Positions 8,728 through 20,600 of a stretch of DNA of 64,000 nt are shown here, piece after piece; position 1 is the stretch's first letter; each line of letters begins with the position of its first letter. The DNA is from Diplonema japonicum (Eukaryota; Protista; Euglenozoa: Diplonemea). A program made the translations under genes and the position numbers. The notes under the pieces are model-generated. The model was not told the origin of the DNA. It was given only the letters and a program-made list of their open reading frames with translations, and did not search any database. The stretch lies in the NCBI GenBank assembly GCA_964019335.1, contig OZ025687.1, forward strand, positions 124,001 through 188,000, given 5' to 3'.

Positions 8728-11700
8728 CTACTGCTGTAATTTCGGCAGAACGACATTTGAGGCTGACCTCCTTGCCAGAGATGAAAACGCTTTCAGCATA
8801 TTCTGTGCGCGTGTAAGTAGTGCATAAGGTGCATACCTTAACCTGCGGCGGTGCTTTTGAGAGACGCTCTTGTCGAGACGCCGTCCGTTGGGCTGCAGTG
8901 GCCACCGGTAGGAGGTTAGAGGGGGTTACAGAAAGGGACATGGCGATAGACCTCAAGTCGGGTAGCTGCCGACGTGGAGCCTTCGGCTGGACTGGGACCA
9001 CAGGCATAGAAATGTCTGGGAATCCATCCATGCCTTGCACAGCTACCTTGGGTGAATCTTCGCTAGGCTTCCCTTCTTCTGTCTGTATTGTTGTTCCAAT
9101 GAAGGGCTCGAAGGACTGTTGCACCGAGAACTCGTCCCCGTCCTTTTGAGTGATTGGTGTAAGGAGTTCTCCATCCGTGTTGTCATTCTGACCAACGTCC
9201 AGTTGCGGCGGTCGCAAGCTTTCTTCTTGCTTTACTCTCGGCAAGAAGGACTTCCCAGAGATAGACGTATTTCCTTGCAATGTCTGCGCTGAGGTCTTTT
9301 CTCCATGTTCTTTCTCCAGTTCGTATTTGGGAGTGAAGAGTACGCTCTTCCGTGCAGTCGACACCTTCCGCGACAGCTTTCTTAGGAAAGACTTTTTCAC
9401 TCCATCGCTGCTTTTACTCTTTGCAGTAAGTCTCTCAATGACCGTCATTTCTGTAGCTCTTTCTTCCGCAGTACTTGAGTCTAGTCCCATGGGATTCTGG
9501 TCACTATATGCAGCTTTCTGTTCCTCGGTACCGGTGGTGCCTTGCCCTTGCCCAGTACTTATGCCCTGTCCCATAGATTTCGGTGCCGTCTGATTGCTTT
9601 GTGTATTCCTCTGGTTTTTGGCAGCCAAACTACTACGCGACCTAGTGGAGACTGGCGTGGAAGGCGACGATCGTCTGGAGCTTACCAAGGCATTCTTCGC
9701 ACCCTCTTTGCATTCTTGATCGTCTTCCGCTAAATCATCAACTTTAACGTTGAAAACTGCTTCTCTCAGGTGACTGACCTTGTTCCCAGTTGCGTTCTGT
9801 ATGATATTCATGTACTGCAGGAGCATTGCCTCGTCCTGGGCGATCACCTCCAAGATCCTGTACCCGCGCTGCGCGTCTACAGCTGACAAATTGTCTCCAT
9901 CCTTATCCTTGTTCACTACGTGGGGCTTCACGGGTGTCAGGAGGTAGGAGGGAACCTGCAATTCTGCACGCAGCTTGTTGCAAAACCTAAACACCACGTG
10001 ATGCAGTGCCAAAGACCTGCCTTCTACTTCTTTCAGCTTGCTTCTCAGAGCATTTTGTAGCTTTGCAATTTTGCTCGTCAATAAGTCCATAGCGTTGTTC
10101 TTAAGTGTCGATGGGGTTTTCGATGTCGATGATGCTGCCTGTGCTGCGTTGCCCGTCAGGGCTGAAGGACTGGGTGGCTCGCTAGTGTGCATATCAGCTG
10201 CTTGCGCTTCCGCGATCATGACCTTAGTTTCCAGCTCCTCTATTTCTTCCTCGAGAGACTTCTCCCTCTCATCACGTGCTTGCAGCTCAGCAATTAGATT
10301 CTCGTTGTGGCCCTTCAGGATGTCAAGTTCAATGTTGAGCTCCGAAATCCTCGCATTGCTCTCTCGTAAACTTTCTTCGTTACTTGTTAGCTTCAAGCCC
10401 AACAGCTTAGTTTCCTTTTCTTTTTCAAGGGCTTCCTCCATTTTCTCTTTCTCTTTCTCCTCATGCTCCTTGACAAGTTCCGGCTCTTTATCTGCTGTGG
10501 CAGTCTGCGCTGGGTTTTTGGGGCTTTCCGGCGGTGGCAGCAAGTCGTCGGTACAGCACGCAATGGAATTCACTTCTACTTTCACTGGCACAATACGCTT
10601 CTCTTCCGCTTGCACACCAATATCAACATGGTCTTTGTTAAGCTCCGTCTGCAGCAGCTCTGTGCATATGAGAACCTTCCTTGCAAGCTTTGCGCTGATG
10701 TTCCTGCAAGCATCCTGACAGGACTTAATATCCTTCCCGGTAGTTGGATGCTGCTCGTACCGCAAAACAGACTCAAACGCCAGTGTCTTGGCCTGCTCGT
10801 TCTGACTGAACGCGTTCTGCACAGCAACGTAAAAGGACTTCACAATCTGCATCACTGTGTTCGTGCTCTCGGGGAGTTTGATGTCCAACTTCGCAGGTGC
10901 AACGTGGCTCACAGTGCCCTCTGGCTCCTTGCTCGCGAAGGTCTCGTCATTGAGTTTCATGAAGCACTTTTCATATGATGCTAAGATGCCGCAGTACTTG
11001 TAGTAGTCGAGCCTACGCTTGTTGCGCACCTTGTGCAGCGTGCACTGTAGGCGAATGAGGTCCTTTGCCGATTGCTTGACGAGGTCCTTTGCATTGGTCT
11101 GTGGTGCCTTCTCGTCTTGCTCTCTTTCCTGTTCGAATGAGGCTTCGCACCCAAACACCTTGGAGTACAGGTATGCGCGTTCGCGCTTGAAGAATTCAAT
11201 GTCCTGGTACAGCGCCGCAACGTCGACCAGCTCCATTTTCTTTTCCTTTACTTGTAGCTCCTCCAGTTCTGTGCGCTGTATTTTCATCTTCTGGTTGAGG
11301 GCATTCTCTCGGTACTGCATCTGCTCGAAAAGCTCTTCCTTTTGCGCAAGCTCGTGCCGAAGCATTTCATTTTGGACGTCAGCACCGTTGGGCTCCAGAA
11401 CAAGCAGGTTGTCGGAGGTGTTGTGTGAGTTGCCCGGGTCGTTCAAAGAAAGCAATCTTGATTGGCGCTTCTTCGGCTGCTCCGAAGCGCTGCTTGTGTC
11501 TTGCTCCGTTTGTGTGTTTTTGCTGCGGTACGACTTCGTTGAGGACGTAACAGGGTCGTCCACGCACACCTTGTCTGGTGGCAGAACCACTTCGTTGTTA
11601 AGCACATTCTCGATCTCGCGCAAGTTAGCCGAAAACGGAAGCGGGTTAACAACAGGCGCCTCCTGAACATATACCACAGACCTTGGTACCACAAATGGTT

Positions 11701-11836
11701 CAAGCGCTACCACACCCGCCTCAACAGGCAGCTTACTCGCAATGCTTGATGCCCGGTCAAGCAGCGCCTTCAGTCGACCATCCAACTCACTCATTAGCAC
11801 ATGTTTATCCTGCCTAAAGCGTGAGGGAACAGACAT
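8728..11836 (-). CDS. Coiled-coil protein of unknown function (1 intron)
   Basis: Long Glu/Lys-rich ORF. Consensus intron 8803-8836 (GTATGC...CACAG) gives last exon NMLKAFSSLARRSASNVVLPKLQQ* ending at 8728. Confidence 0.7.
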
Positions 11837-11898
11837 TTGAAAACAACTGCGTTAAAAACTTCCTTCTATTGTTTTTTTTGAGGTACCTCAAAAAAGGT

Positions 11899-13214
11899 CT
11901 ATTTTGTCTGAGCGAGTTGCATCTGCAGCGCAGTAATCTGGCCGAGAAGCTCGTTTCGTTCCCTCGCGAACTTCGAGGACATCTCTTCACCCACGTCTTG
12001 CTCACGCATCCCGATTATGGTTTGCAGGGACAGGATCTCATTCTGCAGCCTGGTGATGTCCTTCTCGTAGTCGTAAAACAGATCGAACAGCGTGGCGTAG
12101 TCTGCGTCGTACACGCCTTGCATCTTACGCGCTGCAGCCATGGTGATTGCTGCGGTTTGATCCTTCACCTTAGGGGAGGCAGGGTCCACGTGCTCGGGAG
12201 CCATGCTTGCCTGCAGCTTTGCGTAGCGCACCTGAATGGCGTTGAAGTCAGCTTTCAGCCTTTCAATCATGTCGTCCTTTCTCTGCAGCTCAGGGGTGGC
12301 CTTTTGCGCATTCTTCAGGTCCTCCATAGCCTGTCGCAAGGCTCTCTCCGTGGCGTCATGATGCGCCTTGTCAGCAATATTCTGCGTTGCAAGTTGACGG
12401 AGATGCTCATTCTCGGCACGCAGTTGTGCCAACTCTTTGGTGAGACCTCCGCTGCCCTTTTGCGCTTCCCGAAGGGCTTTAATTTCTTCCTCTCTAGCAC
12501 GCAAGTCGCATTCAAGGCTGCTGACGACACTGTCGTGCTCACTCACCAAGTGATCCAGGGTACGCTTCTGGCTCGCCAACTCTGCTGTGGCAGCAAGGAG
12601 TTGCACTTTTAACGCTTCTAATTCTCGGTTAGCTCTCTCTGTCTGCTCTTCTGCTTCAGTGCATACGCTTTTGTAATACTCAATCTCTTCCGCTCTTCCG
12701 GGGCTCATAGGGCTGCATGGTTCAGAGTCTTCAGGGTCCTCAAGATCCTCCTCTTCATCGTCGTCGTCGTCACCGAAGTCCTCGTCTTCATCACGGGGTA
12801 CTGACAGTGTCGGCGACTGAGGCTGCGCATCCAAGACTTGCCTCTGCAAACCTTCGACCTCCTCTTGCAGGGCTTCGACCAAAGCTTCTAGTTCGGCGAT
12901 TCGGGCTGCGTCTAGTTCCTGCAGAACGTGAAAGGTTACGAGAGCTGTCATACCTTCTGCATTCGCATCTCTTCCTCCACCGCCTGGCGCTTGATGACCT
13001 CACGGTCCACAGCCTCTTCAGTTTCACGCACTTTTCTGACGAGTTGTGCCCTCACATCTTCAAACATCGCACATTGCCGGGACAGTGCCCGGTTCAGCTC
13101 GAGATCGGTGTTGTTCCTGAATTGTTAGTAGTAATAGATTCACATAGCAAAGACATACATCGTGAACATGCTCAAGTCCTTGAGCGCTGCCGTCCATTGT
13201 CCTGGAGGGTCCAT
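11899..13214 (-). CDS. Coiled-coil protein of unknown function (2 introns, 5' end uncertain)
   Basis: Introns 13117-13158 and 12919-12953 join MDPPGQW..., MFEDVRAQLV... and ELDAARIAELE... into one frame. Confidence 0.7.
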
Positions 13215-13574
13215 ATTGTTTCCTGCGTGCGGGTTGAGCATGAGGCAAAACGTGGCGAAACAATGAACAGCTCGTGTTAAGTTAGAACGGATGTGTCAAA
13301 GTGAGTATTCCCCACGCCCTCTATCGCTTCGTCGGTGGAAGGCGCCTTTATTTTTGTGTTCCCCAACTTCTGCTTCGTGTTTATGGGCTTTTTCTGCAAT
13401 TGATATGCTGCAAAAGGATGCCCAGCACATACCATAATCTTGAAATCTAACAGCGATGGGAGCATATTTACTGTCGTGTCGTGTAACTGCTTGTGTGGTC
13501 GGGTTTCTGAGCAGAAACGAACAACACAACAACAGTAGCTTCTTTGCTCTTTTTTTTTTTTAAATTTCTCCTAT

Positions 13575-14735
13575 TCACTTGGGCTTCATCTTTTTTCCTT
13601 TGCTTGAAGGCGCAACGTAGCCACCCTCTGTGCACATGGAGAGACCCCCGATTGGAGGTGCTGCGAGTGCGCCGACTTTTGTCCGTTTTCTCGGACGGCC
13701 TCCTGGTCTCGGAGCATCCTTCTCCCGCAGGACATGTTTTCCGCTAGAGATTTGTGAAATCACTGTACGAAGCTCCTCCATCTGCGTTGCTTTGAACAGC
13801 CTATCGTAAACGCCTATATGCGTGTCCCAGTGCTCAGCCAGCATGTAGTACAGATGTTTTCTTGGGATCGAAATGTGAGAGGGTGGCAGCTTCTTGCAAA
13901 TATCCAGGTATTCTTTCGCTAGCTGTAGCCCCGTAGGTGCCTCTCCTTCGTACAATGAAGCAGGGTTGTACAGAAGCCCTTCCCCGCTCATGCCGCCTAC
14001 GCAGCCTGTTCCCATGACATCCCTCAGATGCTCTGCGTTCTGTATCCCGCCGTTCCCCAATACGGGTATCGTGAACTGCCCTTCCTGCAGAACTGCCTTC
14101 ACGTGATCCCAGTCGGGTGCCTCGTAGCTGCGTTGTGTCAGCGTCCGTGCATGTACGCACACCATTGCAGCCCCCGCTTCCTGAAGTGACATCATATATT
14201 GCCTTGTCTCCTCTACAGTTTGCTTCCGGCGTATCTTGACGGTCACGGGGCAGGCTTGCTGCGATGATAATTCCCTGACGCATTCCAGGGCTGTCTCGTG
14301 GTCCATGAAGGCGCCGTAACACCCCCGCTTGGCGATGTCCTGCGGGCATCCCAGGTTGATGTCGATGGCAACGCACCTGTCACCAACCAGTGCAGCTGCA
14401 TTCACGATGTCTTCTTTCTTGCTTCCAGCGATCTGTGCAATCACCTTTTCCCCTTCTCGCACATCAAACACGGCTTTGTTGTAAGCCTCGTCCTCGACAA
14501 GCTTGCTGCTTAACATCATCGGCGTGTAGCACAGCTCTACACCATACCTCCTTACCAGCTCTCTGAAAGCGGCTTCTGATTGACTCACCAGCGGTGCTGC
14601 TACTTTAGTTGGTCGCCCCAACGCTCCCCACCACTGCCACCCCTTCGACACCTTATTCTCATTCTCCGTGCCCTTCACCTTCTTCGAAGCTTTGATGGGT
14701 GCGCGTTCTCCTGTAGATCGCTTGCGCTTCGTCAT
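13575..14735 (-). CDS. DUS1: tRNA-dihydrouridine synthase (DUS1-like)
   Basis: APLV, LCYTPM, DINLGCPQ (catalytic Cys), VTVKIR, VHART and NGGI motifs. Confidence 0.9.
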   Translation of the reverse strand: MTKRKRSTGERAPIKASKKVKGTENENKVSKGWQWWGALGRPTKVAAPLVSQSEAAFRELVRRYGVELCYTPMMLSSKLVEDEAYNKAVFDVREGEKVIAQIAGSKKEDIVNAAALVGDRCVAIDINLGCPQDIAKRGCYGAFMDHETALECVRELSSQQACPVTVKIRRKQTVEETRQYMMSLQEAGAAMVCVHARTLTQRSYEAPDWDHVKAVLQEGQFTIPVLGNGGIQNAEHLRDVMGTGCVGGMSGEGLLYNPASLYEGEAPTGLQLAKEYLDICKKLPPSHISIPRKHLYYMLAEHWDTHIGVYDRLFKATQMEELRTVISQISSGKHVLREKDAPRPGGRPRKRTKVGALAAPPIGGLSMCTEGGYVAPSSKGKKMKPK

Positions 14736-14811
14736 TTCTGATGAGTCTGAATGAGAAATAATATTAATAAAGGGTCCTAATCAATGAATAAGTACAAGGG
14801 AGATGCATAGG

Positions 14812-17514
14812 TCAGTCCCAGTCGGGTTCGGCACCTGGTGTTGTTGGAGAAGTGTCATGTTCGAGCACTGCTGCCCGTGTCTTCGGTGGTGGGGTGCTGT
14901 GGCGAGCGTTGCTTTCCTTCTGTGCCATCTCTTTTAGTGCTTTTTGGGCGGCGCGCTCCTCTCGTTTCCGGCGAGCTTCGAACGATTCGACTTCTTCTGC
15001 ATAATCCGCAAAAAAGGTCCCGAAGCAGACAAAAAAGGCGCACTGCGGGTATAAAATAAAAGCGTCGCCAACCCATTACATACCTCATCGAAAGACGCTT
15101 GGTCCTCACCGAAGTACCCGCACAGAGCTAAGAGCTGTTGCTGCACACACTGTGTTGCGTTAAGGTAGTGTATATAAAGTGGTGACATACATGAAACTCT
15201 TCCGATACAACTTCTACTTCCCGTTTGCATTTCTTGAGAGACTTCTCGGCAAAAGACGCAAACTCGTCACTGTGATGATAGGCATAGCATGCGAACATAC
15301 CCTTCTGTGGCCTCAATGGTTTGCAGTGTTTTCTCCATTGCCTTAACTCCAGTCTCGATCTCCTGCAGCTGGGTTGAAATCTGGCTGATGCTAACTACAG
15401 TGGCTGCGTCTGTGGCGGCCTGGGTGGGTTGGTGCAATAAAAAGTAAATGTTTGATGCGCGTACCTTGATGTCGCCCACTTCCAGCAGCTCTGGTCGTTC
15501 TTTGTGTGCCATCTCAACAAGAAACCTCAGCAGTGACACCTTGCTGTCACCAGATTTCACAGAGCGGAGCTTCACAAGGTTATCAACAGTGAACCCCTTG
15601 GCGTTGCCTTGGGATGTTCCGTGATTCAAAACGTTGCCCTGCGTGTCCTGACAAACAGTTTGAGGATACCATACCAACGTCAGTACTGTGGCCATGATGC
15701 ACCGTATCTTCTCGCTGTCCCTTATCAAAGTGCTGGCTGTGTTGATAGCAGATATGTTCTCCTTCACCTTAGCCACTAGACTGCCGAACTCAAGCACAAA
15801 CAGCCACGCTTCGATTCGCTTCTCTACTTTGGGAATGGTGGACATCTTAAGCACGAAAACTTCAGGTGGTCCTAGCGGTGTGCCCTTCTCCTGTGCTTCT
15901 TTTACCTTCCTGTACAATTGGTTGTCAAATTGTAATGCATGCATACTTCATTTCATCTTGGTGCGGCATCACGTTGTACAGTACCTCCAGTGCTTCGTCC
16001 GGCAGCACATCGCCATCCATCGAAAGCAGTGCATCTTTCACTGCTTCAGGTGTCATTTTAAGCCTGCTCAGCACGATGCCGATGTTCTGGGCACGCTTCG
16101 AGGACAGCACCTGCTCTTTCAGCTTGGTCTTGGCCTCTTTCTCCTTCATCCGTGTCACCTTCGACACGGTAAAAGTTTCTTGCAGCAGGCAATTGTTAAC
16201 TTTTAGGACTTCTACACCGGCATTGTCGCCCCAGAAGGTTCCTTCGCCGCACCTATTTTCGCGCACCTTGCCCCAATAGAAGCGTTTTAGCTTCATTCCC
16301 TGAGCTGGAGAAGTTCCCATCGGAGGGCGTGGCATACCCGGTGGAGGAGGCGGGGGTGGAGCACCAGGAGGCGGAGGCGGACCCCCACCTGGAAGAGGTG
16401 GAGGTGGAGGCGGACCCCCGCCTGGAGGAGGAGGAGGCGGAGGTGGAGCACCTGGAGGAAGAGGGGCACCTGGAGGTGGTGGAGGCGGAGGTGGCCGAGG
16501 CACACCTGGCGGCGGTGGAGGTGGTGGAGCTTTCCCTCCAGGTGGAGGGGGCGCAGGTGGTGGTGGTGGGGCTTTATTTGGTACTGGAGACAGTGTAGGA
16601 GCAGCTGCTGCTGCAAATGCAAGCATTTGCTGTTGTTGCTGCGTTGTCTCAAATACAGGCTCTGGCGGCCCGATGGTATCGCTCACGATGAATGAGTCTT
16701 CTGATTCGGATTCGGATGAAATATCTGTCCTGTCACCGCTGTTGCTGTCGGTGTTGGCCCAACCAGAGTTACTATCAGTCTCGATATCCGAAACATGATC
16801 CCCTCCCGATGGGTCGGTCTCCCTGACAACGGCGCCATCCCTGCGCACCCATTGAAGAACGAGGCGCGGTATCTCTTCGTTAGGATCGAGCATCTTGACA
16901 GGGAAGCCCAAGTCATTGACAAACACAACTGAATGGTTGCGCTTGCATCGCAGCTCGATACCTGTGACGGTGCACTCGTGAAGTAAGCCGTCTGCGAAAT
17001 CGTCCACCGTCTTGATGAACTTCCTTCTGTTGTCTTGCGGGATGAGGAAAGGGACGCCTCTCTCAAGTTTGAGCACGTCCGCGTTCTTCGTGCTGGGCTT
17101 AAAACCGGCCAAGATTGCGTCGATGGCCTCAAGAGCAGTGAGGCACCACCCAGGAGCCATGTGGGCGTCCAGTCCTCCTGAGGTCGACTTTCGCCGCACA
17201 GGGGTAGGCATCTTCAGACTACCCTTCGAGACTGGGATTTTGAACTCCACACTACCCAGGGTTACTTGAGCGTCTCCAAGCCTTACTAGCTTGTTCCCGT
17301 TAGCGGTATAATACAGCTTGTCCAACACCATAGCAGGAGGCTTTATGCCTATGAGCTTCGTTTTCGTGCTGTTTGCGTACAATTGCAAGGTCGTGTTGTT
17401 CCGCCACGCGTGGACCAGCTCCCTCTTGTCATCATTCCAGTAGGTTGATAAATCGACCGTGCCCTGGTCGTCTTTCCGTTTATTACGGACTAGTCGATCC
17501 CAGAGCGATGGCAT
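14812..17514 (-). CDS. Formin (FH1 poly-proline plus FH2), 6 introns
   Basis: Poly-Pro FH1. FH2 motifs KLKRFYW, KRAQNIGIVL, GNVLNHGT..GNAKGF and YFGED. Introns 15910-15946, 15639-15674, 15420-15464, 15270-15300, 15150-15190, 15043-15083. Stop TGA at 14812. Confidence 0.92.
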
Positions 17515-17630
17515 TCCATCTAATCCCTGCGTGAAATAATACGAACGGCAAGCAACAGTTTTCTTTAAAATAAGACAACAAATAATACATCTAAAAACTA
17601 AAAGGTTTTTCTAATCTAAGTCTTTTGACA

Positions 17631-20600
17631 CTATCCCATACTGTTTTGGAAAACTGTGCTCAATGGGTTCACTGGTTGGTGTGTTGGGCGGAACAGCGCG
17701 GAATCAGAGTTGGTGTTACTAGAAGGGAGGGACTCGGGTAAAGGATTTGAGGCCACCTCGTATTGTTTGTTTGTTGGCTTCTCAGAATCTTCTTCTTCAG
17801 GCACCTTCCTGCACTTCAAATGGTACACAAGCACACCTCCGAGTATACCCAGAAGCAGCACTCCGCTCACCACAACAGCCACCACAGCAACGGGGAAATC
17901 ATCGCTACCGTCGTTATTCTGCTCTTTAGCGACTGGTGCCTGCCCGCTGACAGGCACCACCACCACGGTGTTCCCCTCAGGTGTTTTGTAGCTGGATGAC
18001 GTTATACCCAACGCCTCCCTCGACGGTGTGTTCCGCAGCAAGCCTACAAGAGCATTGGTGAGGTACTCTGCTTGCTTCTGTCCGTCGTTGAACGCGAAAG
18101 TAAGCGTCGACCCCTCGTAGGACACAATGTTCAGCTGTGATTGGGCAATCCCCAAGCCCCCGAGGAGTCCCAAGACAAGCTGTTCCTGTGTGAGAGTCGA
18201 CGTCAACATGAAGGCGGTCTCCATGCGCTCCGATGTTATAGAGAGATGTCTCGTTGGGCTTGAAGCTCCTTCACTGTCTTCCAACCGGAATGTAGCATGC
18301 GCCGTACCCCAGATAGCTGGTTTCAGAGAGAAGACAAGCACACCGTCTGCGCCCATGACGGGTAGAGCTGAGAATATCTCAGAGCCGTCTGTTATATCAG
18401 AGCGTGCTATGACGCCTTGGTACACCTCGTTTGGGGGGCCTGGCTGTATCACCTTGCCGTACTTCCTCACTACATTCACGCTGCCCTGCGGCAATATTAC
18501 CGAACTAAACTCCGTCGTGAAAATGGGTGCGTCGTTCACACCCGTGACGCTGATATGAAGCGGCAAAGGTGTGCTCATGTTGCTGCCGCCGTGTGCAGTG
18601 CCTGCATTGTCGTAAAGCGTGACGCTGAGGTGCACTTCGCCAAACGCGTCGGGTAGAAGCTCGAAGGTCAAGTCCCCAGAAGGGGTAATGGCAGGCGGAA
18701 CGGCGAACCAGCTCCTCTGTCTAACATCGTCAAACAGCACTGTGAAGAACAGCACCTGTCCTTCCTCGTCAACAGGACCAGGCTTGATGTCGGTGGCCCA
18801 CCGTTGCACGAGATGCTCACCGGAGTCTTCTATGCTGGCGACCACCGGTCCCGGTGTAAACAATGGTGCATCGTTGACGGGCAAGACCCTCACCAGCAGC
18901 GACACCGCAGCCCACTTAGACGCGTCACTCACCTTGAAAGTAATGTTCGCCACACCGACCCTGTTGTCTGCAGGCTGCAGCACAAGCATCTTCCCTTCGA
19001 TGTAAGGCGGCCTCCCAAACAAATGTCCTTCTGTCGTTGTCACGCTGAGAACTACGTCGTCCGCAGTTTCGAAGCTGCCCCCACCTACTTCCACTATCAT
19101 GTCTTGGAATCTGTTCACGCCGCTGTCCTCAAACACGTCCACGATAGAGGCATTCAACGTCACCACAGGCGGTGAGTTGTAGGGTTCAATGTACACTTGC
19201 AAAACTGCGTGTTCTGAGGTATCAAAGCCACTGCCGCACTGTCCAGCACCACGTCCAGCGTTGTCACGAAGGATCACAGAAAACGTGAAGTTCCCCCATA
19301 AGTGCGGTAGTGCTTGGAATGTGAGATGACATGTCTCTGGGCTCAGAGAGGGTGGGGTGGAGAAGTAGGCACTGATGTTTGTTATCAATGGTCCTGCCGG
19401 GCTTCCTAACCGCCAGTCGTCCAATGTATCGATCTTGGTGAGGGAAACGACGAATTCAAGCCCTTGCGTGTCCTCACGTGGCCCAGCAGATACCCCACTG
19501 CACCAATTCCGGATTGTGTGCATCTCGTTGCACCCGGCAGAACAGTCGTCACATGCAGTCACACACGCCTCAGAGACCACCACAGGTGACTTGATGCTGT
19601 TGAACACTGGTCTGTCGTTCACAGGTAACACTTCAACTTCCAGTTCAGAGACTTGAAGTGCTTTCTTAGCCATGCTGTCCTCCAATGTGACCCTGAATTC
19701 ACAGACCCCCCACTTATCGCTATTTGTCTCAGCTTTGAAGGTCCCATTTGGGAACAGCTGAGGCGGTCTTTTGAATGCATTACAGATATCACCATTTGTG
19801 AGCTCCAAATCAAAAGACAGTCCTTGTGAGTCCTCCAAGTAGCCTGGTGATATCTGAGTGGCCCACTGTGACATGTGCAGACCTTCATCTTCGCAGATGA
19901 CGATCTTTCCACCTGGACGGTACTGAGGCGGGTCATTGATGCATGCCACTTGGATGACGAAGGGTTTCGTTACGGCGATCGGTTTGTCAGACGCATGAGG
20001 GGTAGAACCGCCGGAGTCACTGATGGTCACGGTGCCCTCCACGACGCCACACATTCCCCTCACGAGGTACAGCACAAGATCGTACGATTCCCCTAGCACT
20101 CCCGATATAGACGGTGTGCTCACAAGCTTTGCACTCCCAGAGATGATGCCCGTGTCTTTCACTGTCAGAATCGGAACAAGAAGCGTTTGCGGTGGTGCCA
20201 ACTCATCCAACCATTCCTGAGATGGCCCAGGCACAGCGTTGCTTATAAACCTCCTAAAGACCATTTCGACTGGTGATCCACTGCCTTGTATCTCCTGCAC
20301 CTCGATCTGCGATAGGATATAACTTGGTGGGTCATTGATCGGCCGCACCTCTATTGTCGTGCTTGAGCAATAGTTGTTTTCCCCTTGGTTTGCTGTCCCT
20401 CCGTTGTCGACAGCACAACATTCCAAAGTGGCAGTACCGAAGACCTCCGGTGCGACAATGAAGCTCAGCGAGGCGGTGTGCGTACCAAGACCGTTGTCAG
20501 TTGTGGATACATGCAGGTCAATGGTATCCAGCAGGAAGGCCCGTTCAGTTGGAGAACACGTCACCTGGGTGACTTGTGACTTTTCATCTTCTGGACCAGC

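Noticed and set aside
8066-11836. 1256-aa coiled-coil plus RCC1 ORF as one protein
   Set aside because: It contains a consensus intron whose removal ends the first gene at 8728. Annotated as two genes, with the fusion kept as a hypothesis.
13277-13465. 62-aa ORF with a possible GTATGT intron upstream of the 11899-13214 gene
   Set aside because: I could not join it in frame to the next gene with canonical splice sites. It may be a real 5' exon or a micro-gene but is unsupported.
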